The notes: generated by a model not told the origin, from the letters alone. A stretch of DNA of 64,000 nt from Pelagibacterales bacterium SAG-MED49 (GCA_014653365.1 JACWEQ010000004.1:40997-104996); one strand, 5' to 3'; positions 20,851-32,601 are shown, counted from the first letter of the stretch. Translations and numbers: made by a program.

Positions 20851-21840
20851 TTATTTTATAATTTTATCAATTCGATCTGCATAATAACTAACAATTGCAT
20901 TAGCCCCAGCTCTTTTAAATGCAACTAAACTTTCATAGACAGCATCCTCATTAATTATTTTTTTTTGTATAGCATTTGAAATTAAACTGTATTCCCCTGA
21001 AACTTGGTATGCAAAAACTGGTATTTTAAATTTTTCTTTAATTGATTTAATAATATCTAGGTACGGCATACCTGGTTTAACCATAACCATATCTGCACCC
21101 TCTTTAATATCTAGCGCAACTTCTCTTATTGCCTCGTTACTATTTCTAAAATCCATTTGATACGTTTTTTTATCACCTTTTAAAGAACCCTTTGAGCCAA
21201 CCGCATCTCTAAATGGCCCATAAAAACTTGACGCATACTTTGCAGCGTAGGATAGTATTTGAACATTTTGGCGGTTTGATTTATCTAATGCTTGTCTAAT
21301 CTTTCCAATCCTACCATCCATCATATCAGAAGGAGCTAGTACATCACATCCCATTTCTGCTTGTAATAATGATTGATTAATTAAAACTTCTATTGTTTCG
21401 TCATTAATAATTTGATTTGATTTTATTAATCCATCATGACCATGAGAAGTATATGGATCTAAGGCTACATCGCACATAATTCCTATTTGGTTTTTATATT
21501 TTTTTTTAATTTCTATTATTGCTTTGCAAACCAAATTGTTCTCATTAAGTGACTCAGATCCTATTTCATTTTTTAAACTATTTTTGGTTTTAGGAAAAAG
21601 AGCAACCATAGGTATCTCTTTTTTAATTGCTCTATCTACTATTTGGGACAGTCTATTAATAGTATAACGATACACTCCTGGCATAGAGTTTATCGATTCT
21701 TTTTTATTAGAGCCGTCTATTAAAAATATTGGTAAAATGAAATCATTTGGACTTAGGGTATTTTCTTGAATTAGCCTTCTAGACCACGATTGTTTTCTAT
21801 TTCTTCTTAGTCTTAGGCTTGGATATTTACCAGTAATCAT
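20851..21840 (-). CDS. hemB: Porphobilinogen synthase
   Basis: DVALDPYTSHGHDG, APSDMMDGR, MVKPG, YQVSGEY. Confidence 0.97.
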   Translation of the reverse strand: MITGKYPSLRLRRNRKQSWSRRLIQENTLSPNDFILPIFLIDGSNKKESINSMPGVYRYTINRLSQIVDRAIKKEIPMVALFPKTKNSLKNEIGSESLNENNLVCKAIIEIKKKYKNQIGIMCDVALDPYTSHGHDGLIKSNQIINDETIEVLINQSLLQAEMGCDVLAPSDMMDGRIGKIRQALDKSNRQNVQILSYAAKYASSFYGPFRDAVGSKGSLKGDKKTYQMDFRNSNEAIREVALDIKEGADMVMVKPGMPYLDIIKSIKEKFKIPVFAYQVSGEYSLISNAIQKKIINEDAVYESLVAFKRAGANAIVSYYADRIDKIIK

Positions 21841-21913
21841 GTTTTTAATCTCTTTATTAATGCGACAAATGTATTATACAAATATATATTAAAATAAGTA
21901 CAAAACAATCTCG

Positions 21914-22555
21914 ATGAGCATAGAAAATTCAAAAATAGTAAATCTTAATATAAAAAAAGAAGACAGAGTTTTGGATTTTAGTGATTTTCAAAAACAAAAT
22001 ATCAAGTTTGATATTGATAAATTACAAGAAGCCTATAATCAAATTGTGCAAACCAGAAAATTTGATGATGGTGGTGGTGTAACTCATTTTGGAGCAATTT
22101 CTCTAACTCAAATACCTGGTGATCCAGACTCAATAAAAGGAAATAAGGCTAGAGGAGTTTATTGGACCAAACCTGATAAAACAGGAAAAGAAGTTTCAAG
22201 AGATGTTGAAATTGATGAGTCTGCATATTCAGAATTTATTAAAGATTATGAAAATACATATTTTAAAGAAGTTTTTGATGTATTATCATCAAAATACAAA
22301 TTAGGGCGTATGAGAATTTTATTAAAGGAACCTAGATCAACACTAAGTTGGCATAGGGATCCAGAGCCAAGATTGCATATACCAATAATTAGTAATCCTG
22401 GATGTTTAATGGTTATTGATAATGTTGCAAAACACATGCCTGCTGATGGATCTGTTTGGGTAACTAATAATACCAAATATCATAATGCGTTTAATGGTGG
22501 AGAAGAAAATAGAATTCACTTAGTTGCTTGCGTTTTAGATTATAAATTTGATTAA
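21914..22555 (+). CDS. Fe(II)/2-oxoglutarate dioxygenase, Asp/Asn beta-hydroxylase-like
   Basis: HRD ... HIPI ... YHNAFN ... RIHLV: HxD...H triad plus 2OG-binding Arg. Confidence 0.75.
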   Translation: MSIENSKIVNLNIKKEDRVLDFSDFQKQNIKFDIDKLQEAYNQIVQTRKFDDGGGVTHFGAISLTQIPGDPDSIKGNKARGVYWTKPDKTGKEVSRDVEIDESAYSEFIKDYENTYFKEVFDVLSSKYKLGRMRILLKEPRSTLSWHRDPEPRLHIPIISNPGCLMVIDNVAKHMPADGSVWVTNNTKYHNAFNGGEENRIHLVACVLDYKFD

Positions 22556-22982
22556 TTTGAAAAAAATATTTATTTCATCAGATCATGCAGGATATGAATT
22601 AAAAGAAGCTATTAAAAAATACCTATTAAGTAAGAAATTAACATTCAAGGACTTAGGTCCAAATAATAAAACTAGAGTTGATTACCCAGATTTTGCTCAT
22701 AAAGTAGCAAAAAAGGTAAAAATAAGTAAGAACAATGTTGGTATATTGGTTTGTGGTTCTGGTATGGGAATGAATATTGCGGCGAATAGACATAAAAATA
22801 TTCGTGCGGCACAATGTTTTAACTTAAAATCTACAAAATTATCAAGATTGCATAATGATGCAAACATCATTACATTAGGATCAAGATTGTTAACAAAAAA
22901 AAATGCTTTAAGTTGTATTGGTGTTTTTTTAAATACTAAATTTGAGGGTGGGAGACACTCTAAAAGAATTAGAAAGATTTAA
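22548..22982 (+). CDS. rpiB: Ribose-5-phosphate isomerase B
   Basis: SDHAG, DYPD, CGSGMG, HNDAN, FEGGRH. Confidence 0.95.
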   Translation: MINLKKIFISSDHAGYELKEAIKKYLLSKKLTFKDLGPNNKTRVDYPDFAHKVAKKVKISKNNVGILVCGSGMGMNIAANRHKNIRAAQCFNLKSTKLSRLHNDANIITLGSRLLTKKNALSCIGVFLNTKFEGGRHSKRIRKI

Positions 22983-22984
22983 TT

Positions 22985-24292
22985 ATGTCTAGTGAAACAA
23001 ATTATATAAATGATAATTATAAAAGTTTTTTTGAAGATAGTTTGTCAAAGAAAGATCCTGAATTGTATAAAGCAATTCAAGATGAACTTTTAAGACAACA
23101 ACAACATATAGAATTAATTGCTTCTGAAAATATAGTTTCTCAAGCCGTATTAGAAGCTCAGGGATCTGTTCTAACGAATAAATATGCAGAGGGTTATCCA
23201 GGAAAAAGATACTATAATGGATGCGAACATGTCGATGTTGCTGAAAATCTAGCTATTGAGAGATTAAAAAAATTATTTGATTGTAATTTTGCTAATGCTC
23301 AACCACATTCAGGGGCCCAAGCTAATGGAGCTGTTTTTTTAGCATTACTAAATCCTGGAGATACATTTATGGGTATGAGTTTAAATTCAGGTGGTCACAT
23401 CACTCATGGGTTAAAAATTTCTATGTCAGGTAAATGGTTTAATGCAATAGGATATGAAGTAGATAAAGAATCAGAACTTATTGATTATGATAATGTTGAA
23501 AAACTTGCATTAGAACATAAACCAAAGTTGATTATAGCTGGTGGAAGTGCGTATTCTAGAGTTATTGATTTTAAAAGATTTAGAGAAATTGCAGATAAAG
23601 TTGGTGCTTATTTAATGGTTGATATGGCTCATTTCTCTGGTTTAGTAGCCGGAAAAGGATATCCTAATCCTTGTGATCATGCGCATGTTGTAACATCTAC
23701 AACTCACAAAGTATTTAGAAGTGCAAGAGGTGGAATAATTTTAACCAATCATGAAGATCTTGCTAAGAAATTTAATACAGCTGTATTCCCTGGATATCAA
23801 GGTGGACCATTGATGCATGTTATTGCTGCTAAAGCTGCAGGATTTTTAGAAGCATTACAGCCAGAATTTAAAGATTACATTCAATCTGTTTTAGCTAATG
23901 CAAAAATGTTAGCTGAAACATTAAAAAACAATGGTTTTAAAATTTACTCAGATGGAACAGACACTCATTTAATGTTGGTTGATCTACGTCCATATAACGT
24001 TAAAGGAAATTTAGCTGCTGAGAGTTTATCAAGAGCAAATATAACTTGTAATAAAAATGGAATCCCTTTTGATACTGAAAAACCAATGATCACTTCAGGT
24101 ATAAGACTTGGAACACAAGCTGCAACTACTAGAGGTTTTGGTTTAAATGAATTTAAAACTGTTGGAGAGTTAATTACTAAAACATTAAAGGGACTGTCTG
24201 ATAACCCTTCTGATAATAGTAAAATTGAAAATGAAGTTAAAAACGAGGTAATTGCTTTAACTTCATCGTTTCCAATATATAAAAATTTATAA
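22985..24292 (+). CDS. glyA: Serine hydroxymethyltransferase
   Basis: [29 protein letters not shown]. Confidence 0.98.
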   Translation: MSSETNYINDNYKSFFEDSLSKKDPELYKAIQDELLRQQQHIELIASENIVSQAVLEAQGSVLTNKYAEGYPGKRYYNGCEHVDVAENLAIERLKKLFDCNFANAQPHSGAQANGAVFLALLNPGDTFMGMSLNSGGHITHGLKISMSGKWFNAIGYEVDKESELIDYDNVEKLALEHKPKLIIAGGSAYSRVIDFKRFREIADKVGAYLMVDMAHFSGLVAGKGYPNPCDHAHVVTSTTHKVFRSARGGIILTNHEDLAKKFNTAVFPGYQGGPLMHVIAAKAAGFLEALQPEFKDYIQSVLANAKMLAETLKNNGFKIYSDGTDTHLMLVDLRPYNVKGNLAAESLSRANITCNKNGIPFDTEKPMITSGIRLGTQAATTRGFGLNEFKTVGELITKTLKGLSDNPSDNSKIENEVKNEVIALTSSFPIYKNL

Positions 24293-24295
24293 ATA

Positions 24296-24754
24296 ATGAT
24301 CTGTCCCTGTGAAAAAAAAGGAGATACATCTGTTGTAGACTCTAGGCCAACAGAAGATGGAACTGCCATTAGAAGAAGAAGATTATGTGTCTGTGGCGAA
24401 AGATTTACTACATTTGAAAGAATTCAAATTAGAGAATTGATGGTCGTTAAAAAGAATGGAAGAAAATCAACTTTTGATAGAGATAAATTATCTAAATCAA
24501 TCTATATAGCACTTAAAAAGAGACCTATAGATACAGAAACTGCTGAAAAATTTATTAGTAAAATTTCTAGAGCACTTGAAGAACTTGGGCAAAATGAAAT
24601 ATCAACAAATACAATAGGAACAATGGTAATGGAGGGGTTAAAAGAACTAGATCCTGTTGCTTACGTTCGTTTTGCATCTGTATACAGAAACTTTAGAGAG
24701 GAAAAAGATTTCGTACAATTTGTGGACAAACTAGATGTCTACAAAAAAAGATAA
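24296..24754 (+). CDS. nrdR: Transcriptional repressor NrdR
   Basis: VVDSR, IRRRR, RFTTFE, ATP cone, [10 protein letters not shown]. Confidence 0.95.
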   Translation: MICPCEKKGDTSVVDSRPTEDGTAIRRRRLCVCGERFTTFERIQIRELMVVKKNGRKSTFDRDKLSKSIYIALKKRPIDTETAEKFISKISRALEELGQNEISTNTIGTMVMEGLKELDPVAYVRFASVYRNFREEKDFVQFVDKLDVYKKR

Positions 24755-25841
24755 ATTTTCAATTAAAGATAAATTCTATATGGAACTGGCCTTAGATTTG
24801 GCTAGAGCACGAGAAGGACTTACTGGCCCCAATCCATCAGTTGGTTGTGTAATTGTTAAAAATGACGAGCTTATTTCAATTGGTCAAACGTCCTTTAATG
24901 GCAGACCTCATGCTGAGTTAAATGCAATTAAAAATAGTGTTACAAATTTAAAAGGTTCAACGATGTATGTTACTTTAGAACCTTGCTCTCATTATGGTGT
25001 AACTCCACCCTGCACAAGCGCAATAATAAAATCTAAAATAAGCGATATAGTTTACTCTGTTATTGATGTTGATAAAAGAGTAAAAGGGAAAACTTTTAAT
25101 ATATTAAAATCAAAAAAAATTGTAGTTCGAAAAGGATTATTAAAAGCAAAAATAAATCAATTTTATATACCCTATTTTTATAACAGAAAAAAAAAATTAC
25201 CTTATGTAACTGGTAAAATTGCAATTTCGAAAAATAATTTAATTTATAGTAAAAAAAAAAGAAAGATAACTAATTTACTATCAGATAAGTTTACTCATTT
25301 TTTAAGATATAAAAATGATTCAATATTAATATCTTATAAAACTTTAAATAAAGATAATCCTAAATTAAATTGTAGATTAAAAAATACGGAAAAATTCTCT
25401 CCTAAAAGAATTGTTTTAGATAATAATTTACAAACAAATACCGGAAGCTATATATTTAAAACAGCAAGCAAAAATAATACTATTATTTTTTATAATGAAG
25501 CCGATAAGTCAAAAATTTTAGAATTTAATAAAAAAAAAATTGTATTAATTAAGTCCAAACTAAACAAAAATAAAACCTTTGATATTTTATTAATTTTAAA
25601 AAAACTTTATAATTTAGGATGCCGAAATATTTTAATTGAAGGAGGAAATGAATTAACTAAAAATTTACTCAATAAGAAAGTGTTTAATCAATTTTATTTG
25701 TTCAAAAGCCCAATAAAATTATCAAAATTAAATGAATTTAAGGAATTTAATGCTTTAAACATGCTAAAACAAAATTATAAAAAAAAATCAAAGGTTAATT
25801 CTAATTTTGGTAAAGATACAATAACCCTATATAAAAGCTAA
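24735..25841 (+). CDS. ribD: Riboflavin biosynthesis deaminase/reductase RibD
   Basis: PNPSVGC, HAE, LEPCSH..TPPC, IEGG. Confidence 0.93.
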   Translation: MSTKKDKFSIKDKFYMELALDLARAREGLTGPNPSVGCVIVKNDELISIGQTSFNGRPHAELNAIKNSVTNLKGSTMYVTLEPCSHYGVTPPCTSAIIKSKISDIVYSVIDVDKRVKGKTFNILKSKKIVVRKGLLKAKINQFYIPYFYNRKKKLPYVTGKIAISKNNLIYSKKKRKITNLLSDKFTHFLRYKNDSILISYKTLNKDNPKLNCRLKNTEKFSPKRIVLDNNLQTNTGSYIFKTASKNNTIIFYNEADKSKILEFNKKKIVLIKSKLNKNKTFDILLILKKLYNLGCRNILIEGGNELTKNLLNKKVFNQFYLFKSPIKLSKLNEFKEFNALNMLKQNYKKKSKVNSNFGKDTITLYKS

Positions 25842-25842
25842 T

Positions 25843-26436
25843 ATGTTTAACGGAATTATATACAACCAAGGAAATGTTACTAAAATTTTAAAAAGACCGA
25901 AGGGTTTAAATATTTTTGTCAAAAGTAATTTTAGATTAAATAATAAAGATATTGGTCTGTCAGTAGCTTGTGATGGTGTTTGCCTTACATTAATTTCATA
26001 TAAAAAAAAGATTATGGAATTTTATCTTTCGAACGAAACTATTATTAGATCAAAGTTTAAATATTTAAAAATTAATGATGTAATAAATTTAGAATTACCA
26101 CTTAAGTATGGAACAAAAATATCTGGTCACATATGTCAGGGCCATGTTGACACAGTAGGTAAAGTTTTGAGCATTAAAACAATAGATAAATCTTACCTTT
26201 TTGATTTTGAAATTACAAAAAAAGAAAGAAAGCACTTGATCGAAAAAGCATCCATTTGTGTAAATGGAATTTCACTTACTATCTCTAAAGTTTCTAAAAA
26301 AGGATTTCAAATTTGGGTAATACCGTATACATTTAACGAAACTAACTTATCATCGCTTAAAAAAAATAGTTTAGTTAATATTGAGATAGATATCCTGTCT
26401 AAATACGTTAGAAATTATTTTAATGAAAAAAAATAA
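25843..26436 (+). CDS. ribE: Riboflavin synthase
   Basis: MFNGII start, GVCLT, GHICQGHVD, NGISLT, VNIEID. Confidence 0.93.
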   Translation: MFNGIIYNQGNVTKILKRPKGLNIFVKSNFRLNNKDIGLSVACDGVCLTLISYKKKIMEFYLSNETIIRSKFKYLKINDVINLELPLKYGTKISGHICQGHVDTVGKVLSIKTIDKSYLFDFEITKKERKHLIEKASICVNGISLTISKVSKKGFQIWVIPYTFNETNLSSLKKNSLVNIEIDILSKYVRNYFNEKK

Positions 26437-27523
26437 TTTTGCTCCAATAGAGAATATTATTAATGTTGCTAAAAAAGGTGGCATGTTCATTCTTGTTGAT
26501 GATGAAAAAAGAGAAAATGAAGGTGACTTGATTATCTCAACATCTGACTCTAATGCTAAAAATATTAACTTTATGGCAAAGTATGGACGTGGTTTAATTT
26601 GTCTTGCATTAGATAGTATACAAGCCAAAAAATTAAATCTTTCTTTAATGTCACCAATTAATCAATCTAGAAATAAAACAGCGTTTACAGTTTCAATTGA
26701 GGCCAAGAAGGGTATTACAACTGGTATATCGGCTAGAGATAGAGCAAAAACTATTAGAGTTGCATCTAAAAAAAATGTAAAGAAAAATGAAATTGTTTCA
26801 CCAGGACATGTATTTCCAATTATTGCAAAAGACGGTGGTGTTTTAGTCAGAGCTGGCCACACGGAAGCATCTGTTGATATATCTCGATTAGCAAAAAAAA
26901 ATAATTCAGCAATAATATGTGAAATTATGAATGAAGATGGCACAATGGCCAAGGGTCAAGATCTCTTCAATTTTGCAAAAAAGCACAAACTTAAAATAGG
27001 TAAGATTGAAGATTTAATTGCTTATAGGTTAAAGAAAGAAAAATTAATCAAAATAAAAAAACAAAGCAATATTGATGTTAAAAATCAAAAATACAAAATT
27101 AGAATTTACGAAAATTTACTTGATGGTTCGGAACATTTTGCTTTAATAAAAGGAAATATTAAAAAAGGAATTACGCCTAGGGTTAGAGTGATTTCTTCTA
27201 ATGTAGTTCAAAACTATTTAATTAATCAGCAACTACCCAACTCATTTAATAAAACATTAAATTATTTTAAAAAATTTAATAATTGCGTTTTAGTATTTAT
27301 TAAAGATACAAACTTAAAATCAGTTACTCAAACTCTTAAGGATTACAAAAATAAGGATTTTTACAAGAAAGGTAATGACAAACTTATTAGAAATTATGGA
27401 ATAGGTGCTCAAATTATTAAAGATTTAAAAATTAAGAATATGATATTAATTACTAAATCACCTAAAAAAGTTATTGGTTTAGAGGGATATGATATAAAGA
27501 TTACCAAACAGGAATTAATTTAA
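26423..27523 (+). CDS. ribB: DHBP synthase with degenerate GTP cyclohydrolase II-like C-terminal domain (RibBX-type)
   Basis: DDEKRENEGD, PGHVFP, RAGHTEA, CEIMNEDG; C-domain keeps RNYGIGAQI but lacks the Zn cysteines. Confidence 0.92.
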   Translation: MKKNNFAPIENIINVAKKGGMFILVDDEKRENEGDLIISTSDSNAKNINFMAKYGRGLICLALDSIQAKKLNLSLMSPINQSRNKTAFTVSIEAKKGITTGISARDRAKTIRVASKKNVKKNEIVSPGHVFPIIAKDGGVLVRAGHTEASVDISRLAKKNNSAIICEIMNEDGTMAKGQDLFNFAKKHKLKIGKIEDLIAYRLKKEKLIKIKKQSNIDVKNQKYKIRIYENLLDGSEHFALIKGNIKKGITPRVRVISSNVVQNYLINQQLPNSFNKTLNYFKKFNNCVLVFIKDTNLKSVTQTLKDYKNKDFYKKGNDKLIRNYGIGAQIIKDLKIKNMILITKSPKKVIGLEGYDIKITKQELI

Positions 27524-27912
27524 TGAAAAAAAAATATTTAATAATCATAGCAAATTATTATGAAGATATAGCAAAAGGTCTTCTTGATAGTGCTTTAAGA
27601 TTAATTCCAAAATCTAATTTTATTAAGATTATTAAAGTACCTGGGGTTTTTGAGATACCAGTCACAATCTCAAAAAATATAAAAAAATATGATGCTTTTT
27701 TAGCCTTAGGTTGCGTTATTAAAGGTGAAACTCCACATTTTGATTTTATTTCTCAAGCTTCAACTAATGCAATTATGAACTTATCAATTAGAAATCAAAA
27801 ACCAATCGGTAATGGTATTATTACTTGCTTAAATATGAAGCAAGCAAAGGTAAGAAAGAAAAAAGGGGCGGAAGCAGCCAAAGCAGTAATATCTATTTTA
27901 TCACAAAAATGA
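27523..27912 (+). CDS. ribH: Lumazine synthase
   Basis: VPGVFEIP, LGCVIKGETPHFD, KGAEAA. Confidence 0.95.
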   Translation: MKKKYLIIIANYYEDIAKGLLDSALRLIPKSNFIKIIKVPGVFEIPVTISKNIKKYDAFLALGCVIKGETPHFDFISQASTNAIMNLSIRNQKPIGNGIITCLNMKQAKVRKKKGAEAAKAVISILSQK

Positions 27913-28313
27913 GAACTCATTTTAATCCAAAAAATAATCCTAGAGTAATTATTATCCAAAAATTATATGGAAAATTTTATAACGAAGATAAAGATTTAGA
28001 TTTTCCAAAACATAGATTTAAAAAATTTATTAAAGATATTGTTTTAGGAACTATTGAAAGAAATGAATTAATTAGAACAGAATTAGATACAAAATTAGGC
28101 GAAGAGTTTGTTTTTGACAATCTTGATAAAGTATTTCAAACAATTCTCAAAGCTGCTACATATGAATTTCTTTATAAACCTAATTTGTCTTTAAATATAA
28201 TAATTAAAGAATATTTGAATTCATCAAATTTTTTTTTAGAAGACTCACAAACAAAATATCTTAATGCTTTATTGGATAATATTGGTAAAAAATTAAGAAC
28301 TACCAATGCATGA
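27909..28313 (+). CDS. nusB: Transcription antitermination factor NusB
   Basis: IIKEY...YLNALLD C-terminus; position between ribH and thiL; ATG at 27909 overlaps ribH stop. Confidence 0.85.
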   Translation: MRTHFNPKNNPRVIIIQKLYGKFYNEDKDLDFPKHRFKKFIKDIVLGTIERNELIRTELDTKLGEEFVFDNLDKVFQTILKAATYEFLYKPNLSLNIIIKEYLNSSNFFLEDSQTKYLNALLDNIGKKLRTTNA

Positions 28314-29265
28314 ATTTGAATTAATAAAAAAATATTTCTCTAAACTATCAAAGAAAAATAAATCTGCGCTTAACCTAAATGACGATGTTTTTTTTGATAA
28401 AAAAAAAGAACTCGTTATATCGATAGATACTTATAATAATAAAAATCACTTTATAAATTTTAATGAACCTGATCTTGTAATTAAGAAAATTATTCGATCA
28501 TCTATTTCTGACTTAATTTGCAAAGGTGTTCAGCCTAAATTTTATTTTATTTCTGGATCTGGAAATAAAAAATCATTTTCAAATAATAATTTATTAAAAA
28601 TTTCAAAGTCTCTTAAAAAAGAACAAAAAAAATATGGTATTTTTTTATGTGGAGGTGATACCACATTTTCAAATAAGTTAAGTTTTTCAGTAACCTCTGT
28701 TGGTTATTCTAAAAAAATTATTTATAGAAATAAAGCTAGAATAAATGATGATATATACGTAACAGGTAACTTAGGTGATAGTTTTATGGGTCTTCAAATT
28801 TTAAAAAAGAAAATTAAATTTAATAAAAAAATTAATGATTATTTTATTAACAAGTACTATAAGCCTGATATTCAGCTTAAAATTGCAAAAAAATTATCAA
28901 TATTTGCAAACTCATCAATAGATATTTCAGATGGGCTCATAGCTGACTTAGAAAAATTACTCAATGAACAAAATTATTCATATGAAATAAATATAAATAA
29001 AATTCCTATTTCTAAATATTTATCAAAATTGATTAAAATTTATAAATTTACTAAATCTAAATTAATTTCTAATGGTGACGATTATCAAGTGTTATTCACT
29101 GCTCCTGGTATTAAATCTAGAATCATTGATAGAACGTCTAAAATTTTAGGAATTAAGATAACTAAAATTGGTAAAATAGTTAATGGTAACAAAAAAAGTC
29201 ATATAATTGATGAAAAAGGTAAGAAAATAGTGCTCAAAAACAAAGGTTATATTCATAAATTTTAA
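28306..29265 (+). CDS. thiL: Thiamine-monophosphate kinase
   Basis: MHEFELI, GGDT, VTGNLG, DISDGL, GDDYQ, GYIH. Confidence 0.93.
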   Translation: MHEFELIKKYFSKLSKKNKSALNLNDDVFFDKKKELVISIDTYNNKNHFINFNEPDLVIKKIIRSSISDLICKGVQPKFYFISGSGNKKSFSNNNLLKISKSLKKEQKKYGIFLCGGDTTFSNKLSFSVTSVGYSKKIIYRNKARINDDIYVTGNLGDSFMGLQILKKKIKFNKKINDYFINKYYKPDIQLKIAKKLSIFANSSIDISDGLIADLEKLLNEQNYSYEININKIPISKYLSKLIKIYKFTKSKLISNGDDYQVLFTAPGIKSRIIDRTSKILGIKITKIGKIVNGNKKSHIIDEKGKKIVLKNKGYIHKF

Positions 29266-29343
29266 AAGTTAATTATTGTCTTTTTTAGCTTTTTTTGTAT
29301 TGTCCGGGCTTAAAATTTAACAACCAACAACCTTAAGGTTTAT

Positions 29344-31449
29344 ATGAGCACAACAGTCGAGACTATATTATTATACACTATTTCAGCTGGTTTCTTATCT
29401 ATAGTTTATGGATTTTTTACTGGAAAGAATATTTTAAATCAAAGTGCTGGTAATGCTAAAATGCAGGATATTGCATCAGCTATTCAAATTGGAGCAAAAG
29501 CTTACCTTGCAAGACAATATAAGACAATTGCAATTGTCGGTGTTGTTGTTTTAGTAATTGTAAGTATTGCATTTAGTCCTTTAGTTGGTCTTGGTTATCT
29601 TATTGGTGCAACCTTATCTGGTATTGCTGGTTATGTTGGTATGTTAGTTTCAGTTGAAGCTAATGTAAGAACTGCAGAAGCTTCAAGAAAAGGTCTTGCT
29701 CAAGGTTTATCTGTTGCATTTAAGTCAGGTGCTGTTACTGGAATGTTGGTTGCTGGTTTAGCATTATTGTCTATTGCTGTTTATTATTTTTACTTATTAA
29801 AATATAATGTTGATGAAAGAGAAATTGTTAATGCACTTGTTGCTCTAGGATTTGGTGCATCTTTAATTTCAATTTTTGCAAGATTAGGTGGTGGTATTTT
29901 TACAAAAGGTGCTGATGTTGGTGCTGACTTGGTTGGTAAAGTTGAAGCTGGTATTCCCGAAGATGATCCTAGAAATCCTGCTGTTATTGCTGATAACGTT
30001 GGAGATAATGTTGGTGATTGTGCTGGTATGGCTGCAGATTTATTTGAAACTTATGCTGTAACAATTGTTGCAACAATGGTTTTATCATCAATTTTTTTTC
30101 ATGGAGATATGAACATGATGATCTATCCATTAACTATAGGTGGTGCATGTATCTTAACTTCAATCTTAGGAACTTTCTTTGTTAAACTGGGGAAAACTAA
30201 AAATGTAATGAATGCTTTGTATAAAGGATTTGTTGTTTCTGCAGTAGCCTCTTTGGTCATTTTATACCCAGTTACTGATTATGTAATTGGTTTTGCAAAT
30301 GAATACACTGTAAATGATAAAACATTTACTGGTATGAGTTTGTATTATTGTGGAATAATTGGTTTAGTTATAACTGGTTTACTGATTTGGATTACAGAGT
30401 ATTATACTGGTACAAATTATAGACCTGTACGATCAGTTGCTGCTTCTTCTACTACTGGTCATGGAACAAATGTTATTCAAGGATTAGCAGTTTCTATGGA
30501 AGCTACTGCTGTTCCAGCATTAATCATTGTCACTGGAATTTTAACAACAAATTCAATTGCAGGACTTTATGGGATTGCTATTGCAGTAACTACTATGCTC
30601 GCATTAGCTGGTATGGTCGTAGCTCTTGATGCCTATGGTCCAGTTACAGATAACGCAGGTGGTATTGCTGAAATGTCTAAATTAGACAAGAAAGTAAGAA
30701 AAACTACAGATGCACTAGATGCTGTTGGTAACACAACAAAAGCTGTAACTAAAGGTTATGCTATAGGTTCAGCAGGTTTAGGAGCTTTAGTTTTATTTGC
30801 TGCATATGTTGAGGATATTAAACATTTTTCAGGTGTTGCTGGTTCAAAATTAGAAGGAATAGTTGTAACATTTGACTTATCAAATCCTTATGTTGTTGTC
30901 GGTCTATTGATTGGTGGAATGCTTCCATATTTATTTGGATCTATGGGAATGCAAGCAGTTGGTAGAGCAGGTGGAGCTGTTGTTGTCGAAGTTAGAAGAC
31001 AATTTAAAAAATATCCTGGAATAATGAAGGGAAAACAAAAGCCTGATTATGCAAAACTTGTAGATTTGCTAACACAAGCAGCAATTAAAGAAATGGTAAT
31101 CCCATCTTTATTGCCAGTTTTATCTCCTGTTGTTCTTTACTTTATAATTTTATCTATTGGTGGCCAAGTTGCAGCTTTAGCTGCTGTAGGTGCTATGCTA
31201 TTAGGAGTTATTATCACTGGTCTTTTTGTTGCTGTATCAATGACAGCTGGCGGTGGTGCTTGGGATAATGCAAAAAAATATATTGAAGATGGAAATCATG
31301 GTGGAAAAGGTTCAGAAGCTCATAAGGCAGCTGTAACAGGGGATACTGTAGGAGATCCTTACAAAGATACAGCGGGACCCGCAGTTAATCCGATGATTAA
31401 AATTACAAATATAGTTGCTTTATTACTATTAGCAATTATCGCTGGCTAA
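29344..31449 (+). CDS. hppA: Membrane proton-pumping pyrophosphatase (K+-independent signature)
   Basis: [36 protein letters not shown]. Confidence 0.97.
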   Translation: MSTTVETILLYTISAGFLSIVYGFFTGKNILNQSAGNAKMQDIASAIQIGAKAYLARQYKTIAIVGVVVLVIVSIAFSPLVGLGYLIGATLSGIAGYVGMLVSVEANVRTAEASRKGLAQGLSVAFKSGAVTGMLVAGLALLSIAVYYFYLLKYNVDEREIVNALVALGFGASLISIFARLGGGIFTKGADVGADLVGKVEAGIPEDDPRNPAVIADNVGDNVGDCAGMAADLFETYAVTIVATMVLSSIFFHGDMNMMIYPLTIGGACILTSILGTFFVKLGKTKNVMNALYKGFVVSAVASLVILYPVTDYVIGFANEYTVNDKTFTGMSLYYCGIIGLVITGLLIWITEYYTGTNYRPVRSVAASSTTGHGTNVIQGLAVSMEATAVPALIIVTGILTTNSIAGLYGIAIAVTTMLALAGMVVALDAYGPVTDNAGGIAEMSKLDKKVRKTTDALDAVGNTTKAVTKGYAIGSAGLGALVLFAAYVEDIKHFSGVAGSKLEGIVVTFDLSNPYVVVGLLIGGMLPYLFGSMGMQAVGRAGGAVVVEVRRQFKKYPGIMKGKQKPDYAKLVDLLTQAAIKEMVIPSLLPVLSPVVLYFIILSIGGQVAALAAVGAMLLGVIITGLFVAVSMTAGGGAWDNAKKYIEDGNHGGKGSEAHKAAVTGDTVGDPYKDTAGPAVNPMIKITNIVALLLLAIIAG

Positions 31450-31921
31450 TTTCTTTACGTTTTTTGGCCCTCACTCCAAGAGGGTCATTAATCTTCTGTC
31501 TCATGCTAGACATAAAATCATAGATAAATGAATTTTTTTTAAATCCTGCTTGAGTAGTAGCCTTAACTATTTCAATGTTTTCCATGTCATCTTTATTATA
31601 AAATTCCTTTTTTTTTAGGATTCCATAATCATCAATTTCTAAGACAAGAACATCATTTTTATAAATTTTCATTTTGCCTAAATTTTTCAATTCAGATTGA
31701 GTTTGTTTTCTTTCTATGTAAATCCAAATATCATTATCAAATTTACTTGTTGTTGAAGGGTTTCCTAAAATTTTAGTTATATCATTTTTATTTGCCTCAT
31801 TAACTATAAGTATAGCCTGTTTTTTTTCTAAAAATGGTACACCGTGATGTTTTACAACATTCTTAAAAGAACAATTTGTAACTATTAATGAAAGAAAAAT
31901 TATATATAATATTTTAATCAT
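31436..31921 (-). CDS. bamE: Outer membrane assembly lipoprotein BamE
   Basis: Lipobox VTNC, ILGNPS, WIYI; conserved position opposite the Cbp3-like gene. Confidence 0.85.
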   Translation of the reverse strand: MIKILYIIFLSLIVTNCSFKNVVKHHGVPFLEKKQAILIVNEANKNDITKILGNPSTTSKFDNDIWIYIERKQTQSELKNLGKMKIYKNDVLVLEIDDYGILKKKEFYNKDDMENIEIVKATTQAGFKKNSFIYDFMSSMRQKINDPLGVRAKKRKEISQR

Positions 31922-32387
31922 GGATGAAAAATACCTTTATATTTATAACAATTTAATTAATTACACTAGAAATAAAGATTTATACAAATCTTTAAATAGA
32001 GAAGATAATTTTTCAGATCGCTTAACCCTATTTTTATTACACTTTTCCTTTTTTCTAAAAAACTATAAAAATGAAGAAAATAAGATTATTTTACAAGAGA
32101 TTTATGATTTTAACTTCAGACAACTTGAATTAAGTATAAGAGAAATTGGCTACGGCGATCAATCAATTAATAAAAAAATGAAAGATTATATAAATCTTTT
32201 TCATGCAATGGTTTCAGAAATTCACTTTTGGGAAGATTTAAATAAATCTGAAAAACTTAAAAAATTTTCAGTTTTTTTGAGTGATTTTGAAGATATCGAT
32301 CATTTGCTCGATTATTTTGAGCAATTTAATGAAAATTTATCAAAAAAAACTTTGAATTCTTACCTAAAAAGTGTAAGTAACCCATAA
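31920..32387 (+). CDS. Ubiquinol-cytochrome c chaperone (Cbp3/UQCC1 family)
   Basis: DNFSDR...[19 protein letters not shown]. Confidence 0.82.
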   Translation: MDEKYLYIYNNLINYTRNKDLYKSLNREDNFSDRLTLFLLHFSFFLKNYKNEENKIILQEIYDFNFRQLELSIREIGYGDQSINKKMKDYINLFHAMVSEIHFWEDLNKSEKLKKFSVFLSDFEDIDHLLDYFEQFNENLSKKTLNSYLKSVSNP

Positions 32388-32389
32388 TT

Positions 32390-32572
32390 ATGGCTGTACC
32401 AAAACGAAAACAAACCCCTTCCAGAACTGGAATGAGAAGAGCTCAGACAATGAAGTATTCAACTAAGAATATAGTTGAAGATAAAAAGTCAGGTGAATAT
32501 AGGCTTTCTCACCACCTTGATCTTAAAACTGGGATGTATAAAGGTAGACAAGTTTTAGATCCAAAAGAATAA
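32390..32572 (+). CDS. rpmF: 50S ribosomal protein L32
   Basis: MAVPKRK...MRR...GMYKGRQV. Confidence 0.95.
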   Translation: MAVPKRKQTPSRTGMRRAQTMKYSTKNIVEDKKSGEYRLSHHLDLKTGMYKGRQVLDPKE

Positions 32573-32601
32573 TAATATAATCTATAATACAATTATCTAT
32601 T

